64,000 nt of DNA from Candidatus Zixiibacteriota bacterium (GTDB taxonomy: Bacteria > Zixibacteria > MSB-5A5 > GN15 > FEB-12), in the NCBI GenBank assembly GCA_036826635.1, contig DAISVY010000012.1, forward strand, positions 9,170 through 73,169. The letters are read 5' to 3'. Under the pieces are notes generated by a model. The model was not told the DNA's origin. It ran no database searches and was given only the letters and a program-made list of their open reading frames with translations. Both the position numbers and the translations under genes were made by a program. Of this stretch, positions 28,972-38,078 are shown piece after piece. How positions within the stretch are numbered: the stretch's first letter is position 1; each line of letters starts with the position of its first letter.

Positions 28972-31900
28972 ATGGTTGATCTTTGGGCCGTATGGTGTGT
29001 TGCTCGCTACGAAGCCAAACTGCTTTTTCGCTCGTGGGCTTTTCGAATTTTTACGATACTCGGCCTGACTATTCTCGTTTTTATGAACATTGGGCTGGGA
29101 ACCTCCATCGGGAGCTCTCCCTTCTTCTTTCATTCCTTTGCAGGCTCACTGCCGCTGACCAACATAAAACTGCTCAACATATACCAGGGAATAATTGCGG
29201 CCTTCCTGGCGACGGAATTCATCAAGCGTGACCGGCGCCACGACTCCACGCAGGTCGTTCTGGCTCGTTCGTTTTCGAATGTCGATTATATCCTCGGCAA
29301 AGTCATCGGTATCCTGGCTGTCTTTGCGGTCCTGAACATTCTGGTCCTGGCTTTCGGCTTTGTCATCCACGCTTTCTTCTCGTCCTCGCCGTTTGCCTGG
29401 CAACCTTATATTCTTTACCCGCTGTTGATAAGTCTGCCGACGCTGGTATTCATAATCGGAGTTTCCTTCGTACTGATCACGTTGCTTCGCAGTCAGGCTA
29501 TCGTGTTCGTTATAATGCTGGGGTATTCGCTGCTCGTACTCATTCTTCTCGGCCCCAAGCTCTTCTGCATATTCGACAGTTACGCTTTTTACCAACCGCT
29601 GGTCTACTCCGACTTTATCGGACTGGGCAACACGGGCGAGGTGCTTCTGCTGCGCGGGGCATATCTGCTTGTCGGTATCGGGCTGATTTCACTGACAGCC
29701 CTTACTCTGAAGCGTCTGCCGCAGTCACAAACCGGCAATGTCCTCGCCGGCGCACTGGCCGTGGTCTGCTTTGCAACGTCCCTGATTCTGGGAACGGTTT
29801 ATATGCACGATCACTATGCCCAGCGTGATTTTCGGGAACAGCTTAGAAATACCAGCGCCGCCGTGGTGGAAATACCCACCGTCATGGTTACCGACTGCAA
29901 TCTGGAAATAGAACACGAAGGGACCGTTATCACCGGCAAAGCTTCTCTGGCTGCGGTCAATCACAGCCAGCAACCGCTGGATTCTTTGCTGTTCACTCTC
30001 AATCCCGGTTTGGAAGTGTCCAAAGTCACGTCGGCCACCGGCGATGTCGCTTTCACCCGCAACCGGCACCTTCTCTGGATAAAACCCGACGCCGCTCTGC
30101 TTCCCGATGACTCCGTTGCTCTTACAATCGTATACAGCGGGCGGGTGGACAGCCGGTATTGTTATCTGGATATCGATGACGAACGGGTGGAAGGCTATTA
30201 CCAACTGTGGCTGTACTCCATACCCAAGCAATACGTACAAAGCGAGACAGACTGCGTTCAACTTACACCGGAAGCCGGATGGTATCCGATTGCGAGCCTC
30301 TCCCCCGGCACGGCTTTCCCCGCCGCCACGACCCGCGACTACGCTCATTATTCTCTCAGAGTCACGGTAGACGAAGAATTGACAGCCATATCGCAAGGTC
30401 AAACCGAGATTGAGCAAACCGACGGCAACAAGACATACACTTTTCGGGAAACGTCCCGGCTGCCCCAGATTTCTCTGACGATAGGTCGCTATGACCGACG
30501 CGAGATAGTGGTCGACAGTATTGTTTATTCGCTGTACACGTTGCCGGGGCACGATTTCTTCAGCCCTTATTTCGATCAGATAACCGACACCCTGCCTCAT
30601 CTGATCCGGGATTTGAAAAACGAATATGAAACGGCTCTCGGTTTCGAATATCCCTATGACAAACTTGACCTGGTCGAGGTACCCCTTCAGTTTTATAGTT
30701 GTCGGCGTCTCTGGACCACCGCTCAGGAAATGGTCCAGCCGCAAATAGTGTTTATCCCGGAGTCGGGGACGCTGTGCGCCGGGGTCGATTTCCAACAGAT
30801 GAAACGCCGCGATGAACACCGGCAGGAGCGAGCCAATCAGGCCGATAGCCCCCTGGAAATTCAGGCCCGATATTTCGCGAGTTTTGCCCGCACGGACCTT
30901 CTCGGTCTGGAAGGCAGTGGCTGGAGTGTAAGAAATAATCCGAACATCGAACCGCGCATGGAGATATTCCCGAACTTCATATCATATGCCAGTCAGGTAT
31001 CTTCGGCCCGGTGTCCGGTTCTTAACTACGCTTTCGAGGCCTATTTCAAAGATAAGGTAACCGTGCCGGAAGACCCGCACTGGCGCTCATGGCTCGGTTT
31101 GACCGATGTCGAACGCGCCAATCTGATCCTGCAAAAACAACCGCTGGTCAACGTAATCAGTGACTCCGAGCTTGAGCCGGGCACTATTGCCAACGTCCTG
31201 GAAGCCAAAGGCGGTTACCTGCTGACCATACTGGAGGCGCGAGTCGGCGAAGAAACCTTCACCTCGGCCATAGCCGATTTCCTGACCGAACACCGCTTCC
31301 GGAACATTCACGAAGAGGACCTCGACGCATTCGCCGCAAGCCTCGGGCAGGACAATCTGGCCGCCATCATAGACGCCTGGTACCGCGACACTCTCCTGCC
31401 GGGTTATCTCATAGATGACATAGAGAGCTATGGCGTGGTCGATGGCGAACGCACGCGCACCCAGTTCAAATGTCGCCTGACCAATCCCACGACTGTCGAC
31501 GGCGTGGTAGCGCTGACCCTTCGCTACCGCATGCAGCGTGGCGGCGGTATGGGTTGGTGGATGCGCATGGAAAATGACGCAGACTTCTCACAGAAATTGC
31601 TTATACCGGCGATGTCCAGTCGTTACGTCGGCCTGGTGCTGGATGACCCTCTGGCCGAGATGACTATTGACACGTACGTTTCGCAAAACATTCCGTCACT
31701 GGTATCTCACCATTTCCGGGATCAAGACCTTCGCCAGGGAGCACAACCGTACAGCGGCGACTCGCTGGTATCCCTCGGCGACACCTCGCCGACCGAAGAA
31801 GGGCTGGTGGTTGACAACGAGGACAGCGGCTTCGAAATAATGAGTCACACCGAAGAGAGCTGGTTGCGTACCGCTCTGCTTAGCTTGTTCGGAGTGAAAA

Positions 31901-32346
31901 GTTCCGACGATCCGTACGTTGGTTTCAACGCCTGGCGACCGCCCAGCAACTGGAGCGCCACCACCGACAACCAATTTTTCGGACGGTTTATCCATTCCGC
32001 TTATTACAAGAAATCAGGCGATGGTGACAGCAAAGCCGCGTGGAACACCCGGATAGACCAGGCGGGCGATTATGACGTCTACTACTACTGTGAGGGCCAG
32101 ACACACAGGCCACCGATGTTCCGGCGACCCGAACCGGGCAGACGTATGGATAGTGGCGAGAAACATTTCCTGGTATACCACGAAGACGGAGTAGAAGAAA
32201 TATCCCTGGACCTGAACGGTGTGGATGACGGCTGGAATCATCTGGGAACATTCAGACTGGCCGAAGGGGCCAACCGCATCGAACTGACGGATCAAAACGA
32301 ACTGGAATACGTCACCGCCGACGCCGTCAAGTGGGTCAGGCACTGA
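28972..32346 (+). CDS. ABC-2-type permease fused to an M1-aminopeptidase-like ectodomain (no HExxH) and a golvesin-like C-terminal domain
   Basis: 1124 aa. Residues 1 to about 300 contain 6-7 hydrophobic helices. From about residue 310 there is an M1 N-terminal beta-sandwich-like region (CNLEIEHEGTVITGKASLAAVN...LLFTLNPGLEV) and a catalytic-domain-like KLDLVEVPLQF, but no GAMEN or HExxH anywhere in the ORF. The last 140 aa or so (...AWNTRIDQAGDYDVYYY...GWNHLGTFRLAEGANRIELTD...VTADAVKWV) resemble golvesin/Xly C-terminal domains. Confidence 0.7.
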   Translation: MVDLWAVWCVARYEAKLLFRSWAFRIFTILGLTILVFMNIGLGTSIGSSPFFFHSFAGSLPLTNIKLLNIYQGIIAAFLATEFIKRDRRHDSTQVVLARSFSNVDYILGKVIGILAVFAVLNILVLAFGFVIHAFFSSSPFAWQPYILYPLLISLPTLVFIIGVSFVLITLLRSQAIVFVIMLGYSLLVLILLGPKLFCIFDSYAFYQPLVYSDFIGLGNTGEVLLLRGAYLLVGIGLISLTALTLKRLPQSQTGNVLAGALAVVCFATSLILGTVYMHDHYAQRDFREQLRNTSAAVVEIPTVMVTDCNLEIEHEGTVITGKASLAAVNHSQQPLDSLLFTLNPGLEVSKVTSATGDVAFTRNRHLLWIKPDAALLPDDSVALTIVYSGRVDSRYCYLDIDDERVEGYYQLWLYSIPKQYVQSETDCVQLTPEAGWYPIASLSPGTAFPAATTRDYAHYSLRVTVDEELTAISQGQTEIEQTDGNKTYTFRETSRLPQISLTIGRYDRREIVVDSIVYSLYTLPGHDFFSPYFDQITDTLPHLIRDLKNEYETALGFEYPYDKLDLVEVPLQFYSCRRLWTTAQEMVQPQIVFIPESGTLCAGVDFQQMKRRDEHRQERANQADSPLEIQARYFASFARTDLLGLEGSGWSVRNNPNIEPRMEIFPNFISYASQVSSARCPVLNYAFEAYFKDKVTVPEDPHWRSWLGLTDVERANLILQKQPLVNVISDSELEPGTIANVLEAKGGYLLTILEARVGEETFTSAIADFLTEHRFRNIHEEDLDAFAASLGQDNLAAIIDAWYRDTLLPGYLIDDIESYGVVDGERTRTQFKCRLTNPTTVDGVVALTLRYRMQRGGGMGWWMRMENDADFSQKLLIPAMSSRYVGLVLDDPLAEMTIDTYVSQNIPSLVSHHFRDQDLRQGAQPYSGDSLVSLGDTSPTEEGLVVDNEDSGFEIMSHTEESWLRTALLSLFGVKSSDDPYVGFNAWRPPSNWSATTDNQFFGRFIHSAYYKKSGDGDSKAAWNTRIDQAGDYDVYYYCEGQTHRPPMFRRPEPGRRMDSGEKHFLVYHEDGVEEISLDLNGVDDGWNHLGTFRLAEGANRIELTDQNELEYVTADAVKWVRH

Positions 32347-32361
32347 TACAAAAGGACCGCT

Positions 32362-33894
32362 ATGACACGTGTCTTCATTTCCGAAAAACGCCGGAGCGCA
32401 ACAGATCACACTTTCCAAAGTCAGAAGGGCCGGATCGGTGCGGTTTGCCTGTGGCTGCTTGTCGCAACAGCCTTTCTTGTCGTTCCCGGACGTCTGTCGG
32501 CCGAACAATTAACTCTCGAAGAGGCCCTTCAGATCGCCTTCGAGAAGAGCCCGACCATGCAACAGTCAGCCTTGAATCTGAAGATGAGCGAGAGTAACCT
32601 CAAGGCTCAGCAGGCGTCACTCAAATCGCAACTCAGTCTGACCCTCACCCCATACCAATACTCCAAGGACCGAGTTTTCAGCAACCTGGTTTCAGCCTAC
32701 AACTCCGAGGAACAAACCCGCAGCGCCGCCCAGTTTTCGATAGTCCAACCCATCAAGTGGACCGATGGCACCCTCAGCATATCGGAGACGGTCGACCGCC
32801 GGGAAGCCTCCAGCGATTATACCGGAAGCTACAAACAGACAAGTTACAGCAACACTCTCCAGTTGACCTTTTCGCAGCCGCTGTTCACCTACAACCGAAC
32901 GCAATTGAACCTGAAGGAACTCAAGCTGGCTCTCGAGAACGCCGAACTCAGTTTCGCGATCCAAAAGCTGAGCATCGAGAAACAAGTCACCCAAGAGTTT
33001 CTGGACCTCTACCTGAATCAGCGCAGTGTTGAAATTTCCCAGGAAGAACTGGACAATGCCAACGAGAGCTATGAGATAATCGAAAGCAAGGTCAACGCCG
33101 GGATTTCCGCTCCCGAAGAGTTGTATCAGGCCGAGCTTACCCGGGCCGACAGCCGGGGAACACTTCAGACCAATCGGACCACTCTGGATAACTCTCTCGA
33201 CAATTTCAAGATGTTGCTGGGCCTGCCGCTGGAAACCGAAATCGAGGCTATCGCCGACGTGCAGAAACTCCTGGTCGATGTCGACCTGGCCAAAGCCGTT
33301 AACCACGGCCTGCAATACCGCATGGAACTCCGCCAGCATGATATCGCCATTCAGAACGCCATGTGGGATCTTACACAAACCGGCGCCGACAACGAATTCA
33401 AGGGAGAGATCAACCTTTCTTACGGCCTGACCGGCACCGACGACGAATTCAACAACATCTACGATTCCCCCAGCCAGACGCATTCGGTGGAACTCAGTTT
33501 CAACATCCCGCTCTTCGACTGGGGCCAGAAAAGACATCGCTTAGATGCGAGCGAAGCCCAGGTGGAGAGCCAGCGTGTCTCGGCCGAGGAAGAACAAAAA
33601 CAAGTCATGTACGAAATTCGTGAGGCTTTCCGAAGCCTGCAGAATCAGCAAACGCAAATAGAAATCGCCGAGCAAAACGTTCGTAACGCCCGACTTACTT
33701 ATGAGATAAACCTCGAACGTTATCGTAACGGCGATCTGTCGTCCAAAGATATCAGCTTCTATCAAACCCAGCTTTCGCAGCAGCAGTTGAGCGAGGTACA
33801 GGCATTGATCAATTATAAAATATCCCTGCTTGACCTGAAGATTCGCTCGCTTTGGGATTTCGAAAACAACGTACCCGTATTGGGGCAGGAATAG
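32362..33894 (+). CDS. TolC-family outer-membrane efflux protein
   Basis: 510 aa. Signal-like N-terminus, LTLEEALQIAFEKSPTMQQ opening typical of OEP proteins, two coiled-coil/barrel repeats, and NLERYRNGDLSSKDI. Confidence 0.85.
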   Translation: MTRVFISEKRRSATDHTFQSQKGRIGAVCLWLLVATAFLVVPGRLSAEQLTLEEALQIAFEKSPTMQQSALNLKMSESNLKAQQASLKSQLSLTLTPYQYSKDRVFSNLVSAYNSEEQTRSAAQFSIVQPIKWTDGTLSISETVDRREASSDYTGSYKQTSYSNTLQLTFSQPLFTYNRTQLNLKELKLALENAELSFAIQKLSIEKQVTQEFLDLYLNQRSVEISQEELDNANESYEIIESKVNAGISAPEELYQAELTRADSRGTLQTNRTTLDNSLDNFKMLLGLPLETEIEAIADVQKLLVDVDLAKAVNHGLQYRMELRQHDIAIQNAMWDLTQTGADNEFKGEINLSYGLTGTDDEFNNIYDSPSQTHSVELSFNIPLFDWGQKRHRLDASEAQVESQRVSAEEEQKQVMYEIREAFRSLQNQQTQIEIAEQNVRNARLTYEINLERYRNGDLSSKDISFYQTQLSQQQLSEVQALINYKISLLDLKIRSLWDFENNVPVLGQE

Positions 33895-33904
33895 GAGAAA
33901 ACGC

Positions 33905-34963
33905 ATGAGACGCTGGCAAACTTCACTCATGCTGTGTGTTACCATAACCGTCATGGCGGGCTGCGGTGACCAGGGTCCGGATATTGACATCGAATCCTCG
34001 ATACCGGTGCGGGTCGAGGAAGTAACAGCCGGTCCCATGAAGGAGTATGCCTTCGCTACCGGCACCCTGGTAGCGGCCGAGGAAGCGACACTCGACGTCC
34101 AGCAATCCGGATACTACCATTTGCAAACCAACCCGCGCACCGGCACCACGTTTGCCATGGGAGATCAGGTCCGAAAAGGGGACACGATCATTACACTCCA
34201 AAACGCCGAATTCGAAAACCAGGTGGCGATTGATTCCAAGAAACTCAATCACGAAATCTCCGAACGTGAATTCGAAAAACAAAAAGGCCTCTACGAAAAA
34301 GGCGGCGTGACGATGCGTGAATTGGCCGACGCGGAACAGTCGTTTATCGATGCCCGCTACGCATACGAAAACGCCAAGCTGCAACTGGCCAAATTGCAGA
34401 TCGTGGCCCCGTTCGACGGCATACTGGTCGATCTGCCTTTCTACAGCCCGGGCCAGTTGGTTGAATCCGACGCTACCATGGCCCAGATAATGGATTACAG
34501 ACACCTGTATGCGGAAGTTACACTGCCGGGGAAAGAGATGGAGCGCGTCGAGCGTGGTCAGACGGCCATCGTCACCAACTACGCCGACCCGCTTGACACT
34601 CTCACCGGCCAGGTTACGCAGGTGTCACCGACACTGGACCCCGACAACCGCATGTTCAAACTGACGCTTGAGATAGATAACGACAGCCTCTCTTTCCGCC
34701 CCGGCATGTTCGCCAAAATAGATATAGTCGTCGAAGAACGCGATTCCACGCTGGTCATCCCCAAGGATATCATCCAGGAACGCCACGGCGCCCAAACCGT
34801 GTTCGTGGTAGACAAAGGGATAGCGGTCGAGCGACGTATCGAGACAGGCCTGTCCAACCGTGAGCAGGTAGAAGTTGTCAACGGTCTGGAAGCCGGTGAC
34901 CGACTCGTCGTTGAGGGTTTCGAGACCCTGCGTCATCGCTCCAAGGTCAAGGTAACCAAGTAA
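33905..34963 (+). CDS. Efflux RND periplasmic adaptor (membrane-fusion protein), lipoprotein
   Basis: Lipobox-like VTITVMAGC; alpha-hairpin region (YENAKLQLAKLQIVAPFDGIL); beta-barrel/MP domains (RPGMFAKIDIVV...VFVV...VERRIETG). AGGAG RBS. Confidence 0.85.
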   Translation: MRRWQTSLMLCVTITVMAGCGDQGPDIDIESSIPVRVEEVTAGPMKEYAFATGTLVAAEEATLDVQQSGYYHLQTNPRTGTTFAMGDQVRKGDTIITLQNAEFENQVAIDSKKLNHEISEREFEKQKGLYEKGGVTMRELADAEQSFIDARYAYENAKLQLAKLQIVAPFDGILVDLPFYSPGQLVESDATMAQIMDYRHLYAEVTLPGKEMERVERGQTAIVTNYADPLDTLTGQVTQVSPTLDPDNRMFKLTLEIDNDSLSFRPGMFAKIDIVVEERDSTLVIPKDIIQERHGAQTVFVVDKGIAVERRIETGLSNREQVEVVNGLEAGDRLVVEGFETLRHRSKVKVTK

Positions 34964-34982
34964 CCGACGGGCGGAATTCGAC

Positions 34983-37900
34983 ATGTATAAGCTGGCTCGC
35001 TTTTCCGTTAAATATCCCACCACCGTTCTCATGGTGGTCCTGGCCGTTATCCTTCTCGGTTACATTTCGTTCAGCCGTCTGGGCGTCGACCTCTTCCCCG
35101 ACCTCAACAGCCCTCGTCTTTTCATCGAGATCGAAGCCGGTGAACGCCCGCCGGAGGAAATGGAGCAGCAGTTCGTCACCCAGATGGAAGCGGTAGCGGC
35201 CCGCGGAAACGGCGTGATCAATGTTTCTTCCATCTCTCGGGTCGGACAGGCGCTTCTGACGGTTGAATACACGTGGCAGACCGACATGGACGCAGCTTTT
35301 CTGGACCTTCAGAAACTGGTCGCCGATTTCACTCAGAACAGCGAGGCCGACGAGATAACCGTCTCCGAACATGATCCCAACGCCGACCCCGTGGTGGTAG
35401 CGGTCTTTTCGCACCCTGAGATCGACGATCTGGACAAACTGCGCCAGACAGCCGAAAACATTATTCGCAACGAACTGATCCGTCTCCCGGACGTGGCGGC
35501 GGTGGATATCGTCGGGGCTCGTGAGCGGGAAGTTGAAATCCTGACCGATCCCTACACGCTGGAAGCACACGGATTGACCGCCTCGCAACTCGCTTCAACC
35601 ATAAGCAGCGCCAATCGCAACATGTCGGGCGGTTCAATCGTGGAAATGGGCATTCGTTATGTCCTGCGCGGGGTGGGAGAATTCACTTCCGAAGACGACA
35701 TCCGTAATCTGATCGTCGCCTACGAAACGCAAGAAGAGACCGGACAACCGCTCAAACGCATCCCCACGTATCTGCGGGAAGTGGCGGAAGTACACACCGT
35801 CCTGAGTGAACCGGAGAATATCGTACGCTATAACGGCCAACGCTGTCTGGCTCTTGAAGTGTTCCGGGAAGCACGGGCCAATACGGTCGATGCGGCTGCC
35901 AGTACCGTTGAGCAACTGGAAAAACTGGGGCGTTCGTTGCCGGGGTATGAACTTCGCGTGATTCAGAATCAGGCCGGTTTTATCAAGTCGGCCATCACCG
36001 AAGTCGAAGAAACCGGACTGATCGGCATTATCCTGGCCGTGTTGGTGTTGTACCTTTTTCTCCGTCGCATCGGCGTCACCGTGATCATCAGTCTGGCCAT
36101 TCCGATTTCCATTATAGCAACTTTCAACCTGATGTTCTTCAATGACCTTTCTCTGAACATCATGACTTTGGGAGGCCTGGCGCTTGGCGCCGGCATGCTT
36201 GTCGATAACGCCATTGTCGTAATGGAAAACGTGTTCCGACATCTCGAAGAAGGCAAACCGCTTACCGAAGCAGCCGTATTGGGAGCCGGCGAAGTCGGCG
36301 GAGCTATCACCAGTTCCACCCTTACCACCGTCGTCGTGTTTCTCCCCATCGTTTATCTGCACGGGGCGGCGGGCGAACTCTTCCGCGACCAGGCCTGGAC
36401 TGTCGCCTATTCGCTGATCTCTTCCCTCTTCGTGGCCCTGGCCGTGATTCCCATGCTCTGCTCGCGCCTGTTGAAACGCGGGAATCGAAGCGTCCCCACC
36501 AGTTCCGTCAGTTTCCCCGGCTATGGCAGATTCCTGCAAAAAATCTTAAAGCGACGCGGCTTAGTCATTACGGCGAGCCTGGTGCTGGTAATCTTAACCG
36601 CCCTGTTAATTCCGACCATCGGCAGCGAATTCATGCCTCGCGCCGACCAGGGCGATTTGTATATCAATCTGACCCTGCCCGAGGGTACCAGTCTCGAACG
36701 CACCGAGGGAACCGTGCGTAATCTCGAAGCCGTCATAGACCAGAAGTACGGCTCACAACTCAGCAATATATATTCGCGAGTGGGACCATCAGGGACATCG
36801 ACAAGTGAGCTTGAAGCGCTCAGTGACGAAAACAGCGCCGTGATGTACCTGACACCGGCTGTCGACAGCGACCTGCCCACCGACGAACTCGCCGCCGGCA
36901 TTGAACGCGAACTGGAAAAACTGCCCGACGTGGAATCGCAACTGACGGTGCAACAAACGGCCCTGCAATCAATCCTGGGGACCAGCTCCGCCCCTCTGGT
37001 AGTGGAGATAAAAGGCAAAGAACTCGACGAACTTTCGCGGCTGACCGACAGCGTATACGCCCGCCTGTCCCCGATGAGTGAACTGGCCAATATCGAGACG
37101 AGCTTCGAGCAGGGCCGCCCGGAAATCGATATCGTTGTGGATCGAACGGTGGCCACCCAATTTTCTCTCACCGTCGAAGAAGTGGGTTCGCAGGTACACG
37201 ATATTCTCTCCGGCACCGAAAGCGGAGAAATGGAAATCAATGGTGAATACGCCGACATCATTGTCCGCGGCCCGGATGTGTCACTAACCGAACTGGCCGG
37301 CATCATGCTGGAGACCTCATCGGATCGCCGTGTCAGACTGGACGAGGTAGCTCGACTGGTCCCGGCTGTCTCCCCCCGCGAAATCAACCGCAATAACCAG
37401 ACAAGGGTAGCCACGGTGAGCGCCAGCCTGGTTGGCGACGCGCCTTTCGACAAGGTAGCAACAGCCGTCAAAAAAGCCATCGCCGACGTGCCGCTCCCGC
37501 AGCAGTATTCGTTCGCCGTAACCGGCGAGGAAGAGCTTCGGCAGGAAGCCTTCGGCAATCTGGAATTCGCCCTGCTTCTGGCCGTCATACTGGTGTACAT
37601 GGTCATGGCCGCTCAGTTCGAATCGCTCCTGCACCCGTTCGTAATTCTTCTGACCATTCCGCTGGCCGGGGTGGGCGCCGTGCTGCTTCTGCTCATTCTC
37701 GGCATGCCGCTGAATATCATGTCTTTCATCGGTATGATCATGCTGGCCGGTATAGCCGTAAACGACTCGATCATCCTGGTGGACCGCATAAACCAAAATC
37801 GCCGGGGCGGACAGGATCTCGACAAGGCCATCATCAACGCCGGTCAGACGCGTATCCGACCGATCATCATGACCAGCGTTACGACTATTTTGGCGCTGCT

Positions 37901-38078
37901 GCCGCTCACCATCGGTCTCGGTGAAGGGGCATCATTGCGGGCTCCCATGGCGGTGGCGGTTATCGGCGGGCTGATCACTTCAACCGCCCTGACCCTGGCC
38001 GTCATACCGACGGTATATCACCTTCTGGCCGGTAAAGTACGGATTGAAACGGAGTCCACCACCCGGGCGCAGATATGA
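34983..38078 (+). CDS. RND (AcrB/HAE-type) efflux permease
   Basis: 1031 aa with a 12-TM, two-large-loop layout. Family blocks: ALGAGMLVDNAIVVMENV, MLAGIAVNDSIILVD, GQTRIRPIIMTSVTTILALLPL. Confidence 0.9.
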   Translation: MYKLARFSVKYPTTVLMVVLAVILLGYISFSRLGVDLFPDLNSPRLFIEIEAGERPPEEMEQQFVTQMEAVAARGNGVINVSSISRVGQALLTVEYTWQTDMDAAFLDLQKLVADFTQNSEADEITVSEHDPNADPVVVAVFSHPEIDDLDKLRQTAENIIRNELIRLPDVAAVDIVGAREREVEILTDPYTLEAHGLTASQLASTISSANRNMSGGSIVEMGIRYVLRGVGEFTSEDDIRNLIVAYETQEETGQPLKRIPTYLREVAEVHTVLSEPENIVRYNGQRCLALEVFREARANTVDAAASTVEQLEKLGRSLPGYELRVIQNQAGFIKSAITEVEETGLIGIILAVLVLYLFLRRIGVTVIISLAIPISIIATFNLMFFNDLSLNIMTLGGLALGAGMLVDNAIVVMENVFRHLEEGKPLTEAAVLGAGEVGGAITSSTLTTVVVFLPIVYLHGAAGELFRDQAWTVAYSLISSLFVALAVIPMLCSRLLKRGNRSVPTSSVSFPGYGRFLQKILKRRGLVITASLVLVILTALLIPTIGSEFMPRADQGDLYINLTLPEGTSLERTEGTVRNLEAVIDQKYGSQLSNIYSRVGPSGTSTSELEALSDENSAVMYLTPAVDSDLPTDELAAGIERELEKLPDVESQLTVQQTALQSILGTSSAPLVVEIKGKELDELSRLTDSVYARLSPMSELANIETSFEQGRPEIDIVVDRTVATQFSLTVEEVGSQVHDILSGTESGEMEINGEYADIIVRGPDVSLTELAGIMLETSSDRRVRLDEVARLVPAVSPREINRNNQTRVATVSASLVGDAPFDKVATAVKKAIADVPLPQQYSFAVTGEEELRQEAFGNLEFALLLAVILVYMVMAAQFESLLHPFVILLTIPLAGVGAVLLLLILGMPLNIMSFIGMIMLAGIAVNDSIILVDRINQNRRGGQDLDKAIINAGQTRIRPIIMTSVTTILALLPLTIGLGEGASLRAPMAVAVIGGLITSTALTLAVIPTVYHLLAGKVRIETESTTRAQI

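Noticed and set aside
28972-32346. Calling this product an active M1 aminopeptidase
   Set aside because: I found no HExxH and no GAMEN-type motif anywhere in the 1124-aa translation. Only the fold-level resemblance is claimed.
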